Counted from the first letter of the whole stretch, positions 40,553-51,905 are shown. The stretch is DNA of 63,951 nucleotides, filler included, from an uncultured bacterium (GCA_964449065.1; 3 parts of 3 records of this genome joined end to end with filler, not necessarily neighbours in it), one strand, 5' to 3'. Made by a program: numbers and translations. The notes: generated by a model not told the origin, from the letters alone.

Positions 40553-42223
40553 TTAATTGACAGTAAATTTTAATTGATGTTTAAACGGAGTGTAAGATGT
40601 CAAATACACCGAAGGCCCCGGCAATTTATCATCCGCACCGCGAACCTGCACGTAGGTGTTCTCCGCGATTCCCGGCCCGAAGCGAATTACATCATTCCCC
40701 ATCTTATATTCCGCCATGCCACCAGGGAGAACCCACGCGTTTGGGGTATGCTCCACCGGCTTCACACCACTTAACTCACCGCCATCACGCAAGTTGATTT
40801 CCACCGCAACGGGAACGTTATCCGTTCCTTCTGCCTGAATTTTGATTTCAAATCCATCTGTGAGATATAGCAGCCAAACCTCATAATGCATATGGCAAAC
40901 TTCGCTTTGTTCCCGTTCCTGCCGCGCGGCAGACCAGGCAATACCGCTGGCTTCGATTTTTCGTGGGGGGTCAAGAGGCTGGTAATACGGTCCGGTTAAT
41001 GACTGCTTGAAGTAAAACCCGTCTTCCAATTGCTCATACGTATCCGGAACAAACTGCCCCTTCCCGAAAAACGCGGTCGCAAACCGAACAGCATTCACCA
41101 CCGCCTCGCCATAATGGAACGAAAAGAAACGACTGTTGCCGGTATGGACTACCGTAGAACTGATATTGTCTTTCAATCGACGCGTAATCCCGGCTTCTTT
41201 AAATTCTTGATCGTATGTTTTAAAGGAAACCGCTTTTGGCAGAGGTTGATTTAGTTCCGGGTATTCCATTAAGGCGGAAAGATCAACCGCATGCGGTTCA
41301 ATGGTGTCTAGCATCCAAGAGAACCCGCCGTCAAGTTGCCGCAATGCCATATACCGCAACCCAAACCAATAGCGCCGCAAATCGCCGCGGGTATTTAAAT
41401 CCTGCCGCCGTGAAATGGCGGTTACGACATCCCCGTTGGGGTGCACCAAAAACCGCATCGCCTGCAAATTTTTTACAACCGGGTCCAACAACTCAAACCG
41501 CTCTAATTTATGAGCGACCGTAACCAGCGCGTTATTCGTAACGGCGTTATAGACGGTGGTACTGCGCTCGGTATACATGCCGTCATCATCGATATCGATG
41601 CCTTCAGCCAGCCACTCATCAATCCGGTCAATATATGCTTGATTCGGGAAGAGTTCATGAATCTGCGCCAATGCCGCGCATACAACCCAACGGTGATTCG
41701 GCGTATGAATCCCCCCGACCGACAACGCCTTCCCCGCATTCAGCAAAAAGGGTTTGATCCAATCCAATATCTCCGTTTCCTCTTCGATATACGCCAACCG
41801 TGCCGCCGTGGCAACGTTATGGACAACAAATCCGGTATCGGGCGGTGAGTTGAAGTTGGTGGTTAACAAATCAATGTTGCCCTGATCGTTCTGCGCGTGC
41901 AACAGATGATTTACAGCCAATTGGATTCTCTCTTTGATGACCGGCGTTTCAAAATACTTGGATTGCCGGCACACATACGCGGTCACAAACTTCTTCAGAA
42001 TATGTGCGGCAGAATGCGGATTCACCAACCCGTATTGGTTCGCGTAGCCTCCCAGCCAGCGGTTGGCGGGATCAGTGATTTGCTTCGAAAGTAATTCCGC
42101 AACCGTTTGATCATGTGCTTTTACGACATCTTCCGGATACAAATCTTTGGCTTGTATCGTTTGGGATAATGCCAAGCCCCCCAAGATCGCGCTGCTTTGC
42201 AATAATGTTCTTCGGTCTAACAT
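40553..42223 (-). CDS. Tat-exported protein, probable alpha/alpha-toroid carbohydrate-active (heparinase-like) fold
   Basis: DRRTLL; SPPDT.F, HTPNHRW, DG.Y.ERS..Y motifs. Confidence 0.6.
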   Translation of the reverse strand: MLDRRTLLQSSAILGGLALSQTIQAKDLYPEDVVKAHDQTVAELLSKQITDPANRWLGGYANQYGLVNPHSAAHILKKFVTAYVCRQSKYFETPVIKERIQLAVNHLLHAQNDQGNIDLLTTNFNSPPDTGFVVHNVATAARLAYIEEETEILDWIKPFLLNAGKALSVGGIHTPNHRWVVCAALAQIHELFPNQAYIDRIDEWLAEGIDIDDDGMYTERSTTVYNAVTNNALVTVAHKLERFELLDPVVKNLQAMRFLVHPNGDVVTAISRRQDLNTRGDLRRYWFGLRYMALRQLDGGFSWMLDTIEPHAVDLSALMEYPELNQPLPKAVSFKTYDQEFKEAGITRRLKDNISSTVVHTGNSRFFSFHYGEAVVNAVRFATAFFGKGQFVPDTYEQLEDGFYFKQSLTGPYYQPLDPPRKIEASGIAWSAARQEREQSEVCHMHYEVWLLYLTDGFEIKIQAEGTDNVPVAVEINLRDGGELSGVKPVEHTPNAWVLPGGMAEYKMGNDVIRFGPGIAENTYVQVRGADDKLPGPSVYLTSYTPFKHQLKFTVN

Positions 42224-42299
42224 GATGGATATGATCTCTCCTGATTAATATGGTTTCATTCAATCAGAGAAACCAACATTTGGAAAGATGATGAGAAGC

Positions 42300-45200
42300 C
42301 TAATTGTCAAAAATAAACGGAATCGCGCGGTTGAGTTCCAAGTCATCAACCAAGAGGGATGACTGCACGTTCGGCCCCGCGTTCTGCACGACAAGGATGG
42401 GGGCAAAATCTTCGTTGGTTCGCATGAAACTTCCGCCCATTCGCAAACGGGTAGGCGTATCACGCGAAATAATATTGACGGCACGCTGCGAAACCGCGAT
42501 GGATTCAAACCCATTGGTCAGCATCAGGGTCATATTTCCGCCAACGCCGGTAAAGCGGCGCACAAACACCTCGCTCACAAAAAAGGCTGGTATAAATTCG
42601 TTCGCGGCATCCGCACGTACCCCAATATTGGCCGCCAGTTGCTCTTCACTTACAGACAAACGCAGCGCATTGTTGTTGCCGTTCCCCAACGACAGTTGCA
42701 CGCTGCCATCGACATCGTTTATGTTGGAAAGAAGAAAAGACAAACCTTGATCAAACGAACCATCCGGCTGCAAATCCAACCGCTCGAAATCAAAAAAGAA
42801 ATTGTTGATCACCCGAATGTTGTCAATCGCGACTTGAACTGGCCCGGCCGCCCCGGCGGGGTTAACCACCTGCACACCAAGCCGCAACCGTTTGTTGGGA
42901 GGATTATACAGCACCGAAATGGTTTCATCCGCAAGCGGCGCCCGGTTGTTTTGGGTGAACGCCAACTGTCCATCCAAGGGCGCGTTCAAACCGATCAACG
43001 CAACCGAAGCGTCTTCGGAACTCGACCGCACAGCGGCTTGAATGATCACTTCACTTGCCGCAATCTCCGATGCCAATTCCGATATCAGCAATATCCCCTC
43101 TCCGGGATCCGCCTCCACAACCAAAGCGCCTCCGGAAAATAACTCACCCGGATTCACCGGCTCAATACTCACCTCCGGCGGATCAAACCCGGTTACCCCA
43201 AATTCTTCAAATTGCTCACTCACATCCGTTTCACCGTCAAAGGTAAACGCAAGGGGGGTTTTAGTTGGCGTAACCGTGGGCGTAAACGTGATCGTGGGTG
43301 TCCGTGTCGGGGTTGAACTGGCTGTCGGCGTGGGTGTAAATGTCGGAAACGGCGTCGGCGTAAAGGAGGGATCCGGGGTCGGCGTACTTAACGGAAAATC
43401 GGACTGCACAAAACCAATAAAATCGATGGAGAAAAAGTTCATTTCCGATCCAAAGTTGATCCGAACGCTTTCGATAATTTGCGGGAACGGAAACAGGTCT
43501 TGGATATCCACACCAAAGGTCTTGAACTCGGATGAACGATCGTAATCCAACTCCAACGGGCCGAAGATTTCATCATCCGCGGTTAAAAATTCCACGGTAA
43601 TCGGTGTGGGGTTGGTCATCAAAATCTTTAACACAAATTCATGCTGCGAGAATGTATCGATATTGAATCCATCCCGCTGGATCGATGGATTGACATCCAA
43701 CGTCGTCGCGCTAAACAGGCCGTCTTCCACTAATGCCGCCCGAATTTGCGGATTGGGTTCCCAGCCGCCCAACCCTTCTTCATCACTAAAATCAAATAAG
43801 GGATCAACCGGGGCATCCACTTCAATCTCAACGGTTCGCTGGACAGCATCTATGCCGTCACTTATGGTAAAAGTCATGTTAAATGTTTCGCGAAATTGTG
43901 ACAGTTCCGGCGTGAACGAGAAGAATCCGCTTTGCGCGGCAATATTGTTTTGAATATCAAATTCACTATTCTCCGGCATACCGCTGGCTTGAATGCTGAG
44001 CGGTTCCCGGTCCGGATCGGTGGCGAATAATTGAAGATTCACGGTTTCTTCCACCCGCACCCGCCCGATCTCATTTGGATTCAGAGTAACATTCGGCAAA
44101 CGGTTCACATTGCGGATTTCAATGACGCGGGATATCGATACCATGTCATGTCCGTCCGATACTTGAAACATGACCGGAATCTCACCCGACTGCGTAAAAT
44201 CCGGTGAAAACAAAATCGAACCGTTTTGCGTATTAATATCCATATTGGGCAGCGCCGGCTCGACACCGAATGTAAGGATATCATCACTATCTCGATCGGT
44301 CGCGGTAATTTGTATGGGGACAATGTCCCCTTCTTCCACAATCAACCGGTTCTGAAACCCAACACTCACTTCGGGCAGCCTGTTATTGTTTTGCACCTCT
44401 ACGATTACCGATTTGGTTAACGTTCGCACCCCGTCAAACGCTTCAAACACAAACGTAAATACACCCGCCTGCAAAAAATTCGGCCGGAACTGAAACACGC
44501 CGGTTCGCGAATCCAAAAAGGCGTTTTCAACCGGATTCGTAAGAGAAAACTGATGTTGAGTTATGTCGGAATTTTCCACTTCCAGATCAAACGTGACAGG
44601 CTCATTTTCTTGAATCACAAACTCATCGTCGGGGATCGCAACCAGTTGCGGCCCCGCCACGTCCAACACTTCGATTTCCGCGGTTGCGGTTAGGATCAAC
44701 GGCGTATTTTGCGATGTCGCCGTAAAGGTGAACACATGAATTCCGGCTTGATCAAAGTCAGGAAAAAAGCGGAGCACGCCCCGCCGAGAATCAAACGAAG
44801 TATTGCCAATTTTTGGCTCATAATCCAACACAAAAATATTCCCTCCCGGATTGGCAACCGCCGCTGTGACCGAAATAATTTCATTTTCATTTACGGCTGC
44901 TCTTACCGGATTCACAATCAACTCCGGCTGCACTTCCGGCGTCGGAGTAAACGTAGGGGTTGGGGTTGACGGATTCACGGTTGGCGTGGTTGTGGCGCCG
45001 GGAATCCCCTCCTGCGTCGCGGTTGGGGTAGGCGTGATTGTAGGAGTCACTGGCAGAGGAGTAGCCGTCAATGCAAGGGTATTGGTTGGGGATGGTGTCG
45101 GCGTCGGCAAGCCCACCACGCGAACCTGCCCATCCGTAAAGGAAGGCGTAATCGCTCCGTTGTTTAAACTGGTGCGTTCACGCACAAACGTCATCGGCAC

Positions 45201-45635
45201 AATCGCTTCGCCGATAAAATCTTCTTTGAGCTGAATGACCAAATCAAATAGCGTGCCGGATCCCTCCAACCGGGAATTCACACTGACTTCAACATACCCA
45301 AAATCGCGGTTCGTGGTTAAGTTTTGTACATCCAAACTGACTCCATCCGTCAATGTATCTTCACTGGAAACCCGAATTAACCGCAAAGGAAATGTAGGGG
45401 GTCTGTTGGGCAGTTCAAGATCGGTATCGGGGAAATTGATGCGGATGGTAAACCGCTCAATCATGGTGGCGTCATTGATCGTAACCGGCAATCGAAACAC
45501 ATCGACGCTATTGACGTTGACAGTCTCATTGGGTATCGATAACACCCGGTCTTGGGCATAGAGATAGTGAGAGGGAAAAAATACAATAATCCCCAACCAA
45601 AATAACTGCAACCATTGACGATTCAAAACGTTCAT
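42300..45635 (-). CDS. Large secreted protein: cohesin-like domain, PT linkers, ~4 Ig/cadherin-like repeats
   Basis: Signal peptide; GSGTLF..F..DG.V.V; repeated F.F.PDF.Q.G..F...DG and N.NRLP..ATD.D; PTPTP runs. Confidence 0.75.
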   Translation of the reverse strand: MNVLNRQWLQLFWLGIIVFFPSHYLYAQDRVLSIPNETVNVNSVDVFRLPVTINDATMIERFTIRINFPDTDLELPNRPPTFPLRLIRVSSEDTLTDGVSLDVQNLTTNRDFGYVEVSVNSRLEGSGTLFDLVIQLKEDFIGEAIVPMTFVRERTSLNNGAITPSFTDGQVRVVGLPTPTPSPTNTLALTATPLPVTPTITPTPTATQEGIPGATTTPTVNPSTPTPTFTPTPEVQPELIVNPVRAAVNENEIISVTAAVANPGGNIFVLDYEPKIGNTSFDSRRGVLRFFPDFDQAGIHVFTFTATSQNTPLILTATAEIEVLDVAGPQLVAIPDDEFVIQENEPVTFDLEVENSDITQHQFSLTNPVENAFLDSRTGVFQFRPNFLQAGVFTFVFEAFDGVRTLTKSVIVEVQNNNRLPEVSVGFQNRLIVEEGDIVPIQITATDRDSDDILTFGVEPALPNMDINTQNGSILFSPDFTQSGEIPVMFQVSDGHDMVSISRVIEIRNVNRLPNVTLNPNEIGRVRVEETVNLQLFATDPDREPLSIQASGMPENSEFDIQNNIAAQSGFFSFTPELSQFRETFNMTFTISDGIDAVQRTVEIEVDAPVDPLFDFSDEEGLGGWEPNPQIRAALVEDGLFSATTLDVNPSIQRDGFNIDTFSQHEFVLKILMTNPTPITVEFLTADDEIFGPLELDYDRSSEFKTFGVDIQDLFPFPQIIESVRINFGSEMNFFSIDFIGFVQSDFPLSTPTPDPSFTPTPFPTFTPTPTASSTPTRTPTITFTPTVTPTKTPLAFTFDGETDVSEQFEEFGVTGFDPPEVSIEPVNPGELFSGGALVVEADPGEGILLISELASEIAASEVIIQAAVRSSSEDASVALIGLNAPLDGQLAFTQNNRAPLADETISVLYNPPNKRLRLGVQVVNPAGAAGPVQVAIDNIRVINNFFFDFERLDLQPDGSFDQGLSFLLSNINDVDGSVQLSLGNGNNNALRLSVSEEQLAANIGVRADAANEFIPAFFVSEVFVRRFTGVGGNMTLMLTNGFESIAVSQRAVNIISRDTPTRLRMGGSFMRTNEDFAPILVVQNAGPNVQSSLLVDDLELNRAIPFIFDN

Positions 45636-45733
45636 ACCGGTAATCTTTTTCGTTTGATGTTGCTTCTGTATTGTAGCGCTAGATCACCGCTTACGGAATT
45701 AGAAAATTACAGCATCTATAATACCCGGTAATT

Positions 45734-46074
45734 CTACTGCGATTCCTCTTCCGGACGCTCTACCTGCCAGGCAATTCGAAACCCAACTGTCACAAACCGG
45801 TTATCCGGCAGCTGCGAAAACCGTTTGGCCGAACGGCAAAATGCCGCGTCAAGCGCCCATGACCCGCCCCGGGCCACTTTGCGGAGACCGGTAACCGGTC
45901 CGGCAGGATCAATCCGGTCGTTGGGATCATAAGGCGCAAACCAATCTTCACACCATTCCAATACATTGCCGTGCATATCAAACAACCCAAAAGGATTCGG
46001 CTCTTTTAAACCAACCGGTTTGGTTCCGTATGGATTGTCGCCCACAGCGCTGTTTCCGATCCACCACATAAAGC
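45734..46074 (-). CDS. FGE-sulfatase (SUMF1) domain protein, 5' truncated
   Basis: PVG...PN.FGLFDMHGNV.EWC.D, RGGSW, GFR; cut by linker. Confidence 0.85.
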
Positions 46075-46174
46075 NNNNNNNNNNNNNNNNNNNNNNNNNN
46101 NNNNNNNNNNNNNNNNNNTTAATTAATTAANNNNNNNNNNNNNNNNNNNNNNNNNNNNNNNNNNNNNNNNNNNN
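46075..46174. other. Artificial contig-concatenation linker
   Basis: N44-TTAATTAATTAA-N44. Confidence 0.95.
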
Positions 46175-46242
46175 GCCCTCCCAAAAAATATTGTTTGGAC
46201 AACTTTTTTCGAGTTTATTTACATTGAGTCGTATGGGTTGAC

Positions 46243-46269
46243 GCACCGGCTGGAAGCCGGTGCTACCCA
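46243..46269 (+). repeat. REP-like palindrome family R3 (GCACCGGCTGGAAGCCGGTGCTAC)
   Basis: Palindrome; degenerate copy CCGGCTGGAAGCCGATGCGCCCCA near 57149. Confidence 0.6.
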
Positions 46270-46384
46270 CAATGAACATATCGTTGGCAAATGCTTGACT
46301 AATTTCTTTGGATAAACCTTAGAATATTCCAGGGGGAGATATCCGACGACGGCAGGAGGACAGAGGGGGTGTGTTTATGTGTGA

Positions 46385-47569
<1,185 letters not shown>

Positions 47570-47581
47570 AATCATAGCGGC

Positions 47582-47758
47582 TTACCAAACTAAATCATAG
47601 ATGACGCCTTGATATTTCCATTCATCTTCATCCGACACAATATTAGCCGAACTCAGTTTTCCAAAGAAGTAGGATTTTTGTTTGCATGTTGATATTGGAT
47701 TTTCGCAGGTTTGGCTCGTTCTTTCTAGACTTTCTTCATGATGTATCTTTGTACGCAC
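47582..47758 (-). pseudogene. Decayed C-terminus of a REP-associated tyrosine transposase (RAYT/Y1)
   Basis: 58-codon frame ending ANIVSDEDEWKYQGVIYDLVW*, with HEESLE and a frameshifted Y..EN*VR; abuts an R1 inverted pair. Confidence 0.55.
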
Positions 47759-47849
47759 CTTCGTGGCTCACCAGGAGGTTCGCCCTCCCATTGCACCCTT
47801 TTAATTCAAAAGCGAGATGGGAGGGCGAGGCTCCTGTCAAGCCATGAAG
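47759..47849. repeat. R1 inverted pair (REPIN-like)
   Basis: CTTCGTGGCTCACCAGGAGGTTCGCCCTCCCAT-25 nt-ATGGGAGGGCGAGGCTCCTGTCAAGCCATGAAG. Confidence 0.85.
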
Positions 47850-48250
47850 CGCTTATCAAAATAAATCAGTCTCGTCAAAAAAATTAGTGGGTAAAATTTT
47901 TCAGCGCCATATCATAAAATCTTTATTATGAGCATGATATATTGAATAATAATTGTGAATCTTTTGATATTCATTTTCATTTCGGGTTTTGAGAAGATAT
48001 TTGAATGGATTTTATAAAGGTATTTGTTTCTATTCATATGATTGTTAAGTCTGTGGTCAGGCGTCTCCCAAAGGCATTCTTTCTTGGCGGCTGTCCAAGT
48101 CATGTGGGCAAACATTCTCTTCGAAGAAACTCTTCGTGTGTACGCATGACAGCAGAATCCACATTTTTTCCGTCTATCTCAACCCCCAAAAATATCAGCG
48201 ATAAATCCATGGCCATTTTCAATCAATCTTCTCTTCTTAGATTTCTGTGC

Positions 48251-48405
48251 TTATACCATTTCAATTTAATTTTGATTGTGTCTCCCTTTAAGGAACAAGG
48301 GTCATTAAAGCTGAAAACTCCAACCATTTACCCCCCCACCCAGCCTCCCCCATTACTTTGGAGGAGGAGTATGTGACTCATCATTATTTATTTGAATCTG
48401 TATTA
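48251..48405. mobile_element. MITE-like element M2, second copy (inverted)
   Basis: Reverse complement aligns with 18776-18928. Confidence 0.75.
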
Positions 48406-48492
48406 TTTCTCTGATCAAAGATTATTTTACCATTCGGAGCATTACCCATGTTTAAAAACTCATTTTCTACCCACTGTTTTTTCCAGGGAAGC

Positions 48493-48598
48493 TTATACCA
48501 CTTCAAATAAATAATGACTGGTAAGCGCGGCGTAAGCCCAGCGAAAGGAAGAGGTTAAGTATTCAACATGCAGCCGGTATAAAATTGCATAGGTATTA
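48493..48598. mobile_element. Possible MITE M3 with M2-like ends
   Basis: Starts TTATACCACTTCAAATAAATAATGA (like M2 ends), ends GGTATTA; single copy in the window. Confidence 0.4.
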
Positions 48599-48599
48599 A

Positions 48600-51500
48600 T
48601 TACGAAACCGTCGCGGGGATGCCCAGCAGTTTGCGGATCCACGCGCTGCAGCTCACGATCCGGGTTTCGCCTTTGGGGGTGGTTTGTTTGCCTTGCAGTG
48701 TGAAGCGGCCGTTTTGAAACGTGCCGGATGAGATTTTCGCATCAAACGGCAATTCAATTTCATTCACATAATGCCCTTTAAAGCGCCCGTTTTCATCGCG
48801 GGTGAACGCGTGGATGGATACGCAACGGTCGTCTTCGTTCCAATCCGCCATAAAGCAGCGTTTTTCATCCATGCACAACCGTACTTGCCTGCCCCCGCAA
48901 GGCGCCTTCGCCAGCAGTTCCCAAGTACGCTTACGGTCATCCCATTGGTAGATTCGAACGATCCCCGGTTCGTCTTTCGCGGAATACGCAATCAACTCTT
49001 TGCCGGATGTCGCCATGCCGATGGCTTCCCCCTCCGGCGCGTCTTGCGGTACAAGGGGTTTAAATGCCCCCACTTTGCCGTGCTTGACCGGGGCGCTGAG
49101 CAGCACACTTTTTTCAAACGATTCACCGATCACATACATACGCTGATTCTTGATTGCCATCTGTTTGATTTCATGGATACCTGTCGGCAGGGAAATCGGC
49201 CTTTGTTCTTCGATATGCGACTTCGCTGCCTGTTTGCCCTGGCATACATTCAACTGCCCTTTGATGTTCAATCCCACCGCATAGAACGGCAACCCGGTTG
49301 AAGCAATCTGCGGCATGTTTCCCTGCTTCTTCCAAGTTCCCAATGCCGTGATGGAATGATCCTTCTCCAAGCGCAGCGTACCGTCATCATGCAGGGCAAC
49401 AATCTGCTTGTCATTCGCATCCACAGCTATGACTGATGGATCAAACGCAATCGCCGTATCCCAAACCGAATCCTCGCGCTTGGGGATCATCATATACAGC
49501 AGCTTTTCACCGCTGGTAAATTCATCCATGTCATTCGATAACAGTTTCTCATCCGCGTTCTCATGATCCGCCGGGTTTATATCCACTTTCTCGCTACGTT
49601 TCTTGTTTCTTAGCCAAAAGAGGATAGACAAAAGCCCAGCACCTCCGGTCATCGGCACTGCTTTGGGGATGGAAGAACTGGATTCTTCTTTGTTTTGCAA
49701 ACGGGCTATTGGAGAACCGGTTCCAGGAGTGACCCGGCTTATAGTCGGTGAAGCAATCTCCGGCTTGCCAGGCTTATTTCCGTTGGAAAGCGGCTGTCCT
49801 GAATTTCCAGTGCTGCTATTGCCTTGAGATGATCCGCGAGTGGGAGAGGTTACACTTCCGGAACCGCCGCCCATATTTGGGAACGAAAATCCCGGCGCGT
49901 CGCTGTGGTCATTCGGCATTCCACCCACTGGAGAGTTCCCTAGTTCCGCTTGCGGTGCCCCACCTGCAGGTGCGTGATTCGAATCCTGCTCCATTTGCGG
50001 AGAGCCGTTGTCAGCCCCCGAATTTGATGCCGGAGGATTCCCGCTTCCCGGTGAAAAACCACTGCCGCCTGACGGAGAATATTGATTGGGATTGCCGCCT
50101 TGACCTGCATTCGGCCTATTCATTTCTTCGCTTGTTGAAGCGGTAGAAGAGGGTTCACTTTGCGGCTCCGGTTCCGCGGGCTGATTGGATTGCGGCTGCG
50201 GTTCCGGTTTTGAATCGTCCGCATTCGGCGCATTGCTTTGCGGCTTGCTCCTTGTCTCATCTTGTTGCGGGGCAGGGTTTTGATTCGGCTTGCCGATCAC
50301 ATGATTGAGCGGTGATGAAAACGAGGGCTTCTCATTTGATGGAGTATCGTTCGGCTGCTGTTTGTTCTCATTATTCGGTTGGTTTTGGGGATTGGGATTC
50401 GACGGCTGCTTGTTGGATTCTTCCCCTTGTTCCCCGCTGCCGTTTTCATGCGGAGAATCTTCTTGCGGATTATTTTCTTGGGTCTGTGGATTCTGTGTCT
50501 CTTTCTCATTCCCGTTTGTTTCGGAGTCTGTCTGGCTTTGTTCTTCGCCCGAAGACTCTTCCCCGTTTGTGCTCTCTGAACCGGATGTTGAAGAATCGCT
50601 CTCTCTGTTCGAACCGGTTTGCTGCTCTGATCCGGTTGTGGATGTTGTATTGCCGTTCTGTTCCTTGTTTTCCGGTTCAGTCTGCTGTTTGTTCCCGTCA
50701 TCCGGTTTCGAATCATCCGATGATTCATTGTTCGGCTTACCGTTTGATGATCCGGCATCCCCATGACCGGGATTGTTTTGTTTCGGATCCGCATAGCCGG
50801 ATCCGCCAGTAAACCGGCGCGTTCCTTTATGGATGTTGCTATGCTTATATTGCGGGTAAGTATAGGTAACCGAAAAATCCGGGAAGCTGGTTAAGAGCGC
50901 GTTTTCCTTGGATAGGATTTGATACTGCAAGTACTGTCCATCTTTTTTGAGTTGACTCGAACCGGCCGGAACCGGATTGCTCCACGGGCTGTAGGGTTGG
51001 CCGTATCCGGGGCTGATGCGGTAGCGTACCATTGTTCCGGCACCGACAGCCGAATGGCTTAAGGCCAAAAATTCACCCGCTTCACCCAAATCAAACTCAC
51101 CCACCAACAGCGGCACATCACCCACTTGATCCCGCCATTGCAGCTCTGCGGATGCACTGCTTCCAGCTAATGGAATGCTTTCTAATAAAGACACTTCATT
51201 CCCGCCGCTATGGATGGAATAGATGTGATGCACAAATGATTGCTCTCTCTTATCAAAAACCATCACCGAAAGATCGCTGTGTTGATTCAAGGCAAAGCGC
51301 AAGGCTTCATCCCGCATGGATAGACCGGTTAAGCGCCAAGCCGGTTGGCTTGGCCCTGCTTCCGCACTGACCAATTGCCAGGCTCCACCGGTTTGAATCC
51401 AACACCATGCTTTTCCCTTTGCAGAGATAATAGCGGTCCGGTTATCATGCGCGGGTAAGCTTTGCGGATTTGGTTTTGGAAGAGAAAAAGTCGGGGCAAG

Positions 51501-51632
51501 GGTATCAAGTCCCCCGCCCCAGGCAGTGTGGTAATCTTCAGGCCGGTTATGCTGCTGGGATAGAATTTCAGTGTCTGCCCATATAACGAACGGGAAACAA
51601 GTAATAAACAGGGTTATAAGCAAACGCTTCAT
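48600..51632 (-). CDS. Large exported protein with ~400-aa low-complexity S/N/Q/E/P/G region, internal hydrophobic anchor-like motif and C-terminal beta-rich domain
   Basis: MKRLL signal peptide, GGAGGA SD; VPMTGGAGLLSILFWLRNKKR near residue 660. Confidence 0.75.
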   Translation of the reverse strand: MKRLLITLFITCFPFVIWADTEILSQQHNRPEDYHTAWGGGLDTLAPTFSLPKPNPQSLPAHDNRTAIISAKGKAWCWIQTGGAWQLVSAEAGPSQPAWRLTGLSMRDEALRFALNQHSDLSVMVFDKREQSFVHHIYSIHSGGNEVSLLESIPLAGSSASAELQWRDQVGDVPLLVGEFDLGEAGEFLALSHSAVGAGTMVRYRISPGYGQPYSPWSNPVPAGSSQLKKDGQYLQYQILSKENALLTSFPDFSVTYTYPQYKHSNIHKGTRRFTGGSGYADPKQNNPGHGDAGSSNGKPNNESSDDSKPDDGNKQQTEPENKEQNGNTTSTTGSEQQTGSNRESDSSTSGSESTNGEESSGEEQSQTDSETNGNEKETQNPQTQENNPQEDSPHENGSGEQGEESNKQPSNPNPQNQPNNENKQQPNDTPSNEKPSFSSPLNHVIGKPNQNPAPQQDETRSKPQSNAPNADDSKPEPQPQSNQPAEPEPQSEPSSTASTSEEMNRPNAGQGGNPNQYSPSGGSGFSPGSGNPPASNSGADNGSPQMEQDSNHAPAGGAPQAELGNSPVGGMPNDHSDAPGFSFPNMGGGSGSVTSPTRGSSQGNSSTGNSGQPLSNGNKPGKPEIASPTISRVTPGTGSPIARLQNKEESSSSIPKAVPMTGGAGLLSILFWLRNKKRSEKVDINPADHENADEKLLSNDMDEFTSGEKLLYMMIPKREDSVWDTAIAFDPSVIAVDANDKQIVALHDDGTLRLEKDHSITALGTWKKQGNMPQIASTGLPFYAVGLNIKGQLNVCQGKQAAKSHIEEQRPISLPTGIHEIKQMAIKNQRMYVIGESFEKSVLLSAPVKHGKVGAFKPLVPQDAPEGEAIGMATSGKELIAYSAKDEPGIVRIYQWDDRKRTWELLAKAPCGGRQVRLCMDEKRCFMADWNEDDRCVSIHAFTRDENGRFKGHYVNEIELPFDAKISSGTFQNGRFTLQGKQTTPKGETRIVSCSAWIRKLLGIPATVS

Positions 51633-51655
51633 CACTATCCTCCAATACAAATAAT

Positions 51656-51699
51656 TGCCAAATCCATACCAAAAACTAAATCGCTCTAACCTATTGAAA
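51656..51699 (-). promoter_or_regulatory. Putative sigma54 promoter with IHF-like site
   Basis: TGGTATGGATTTGGCA (GG-N10-GC) at 51671-51656; TTTCAATAGGTTA at 51699-51687. Confidence 0.45.
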
Positions 51700-51905
51700 A
51701 CTCTTGTATTAAAGAAAACACGGGTTTATCAATTTGATGAGCCTTCTCAGCAACCCTCTCGATATGAGACTCAAACCAACCGCGGACGTTACATAAAACC
51801 CTTGCTGTTCGTGTTGAATTGGATAGATTATTAGCACTTGATTCGATACATTTATCAATTGCTATATGTTCATTAAGCTATTTGTTCATTAAAAGGAGAA
51901 GAAGA

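Noticed and set aside
47912..48115. RAYT N-terminus (W..A..W..PDH)
   Set aside because: Only PDH matches and the second HUH histidine is missing; too weak without a profile search
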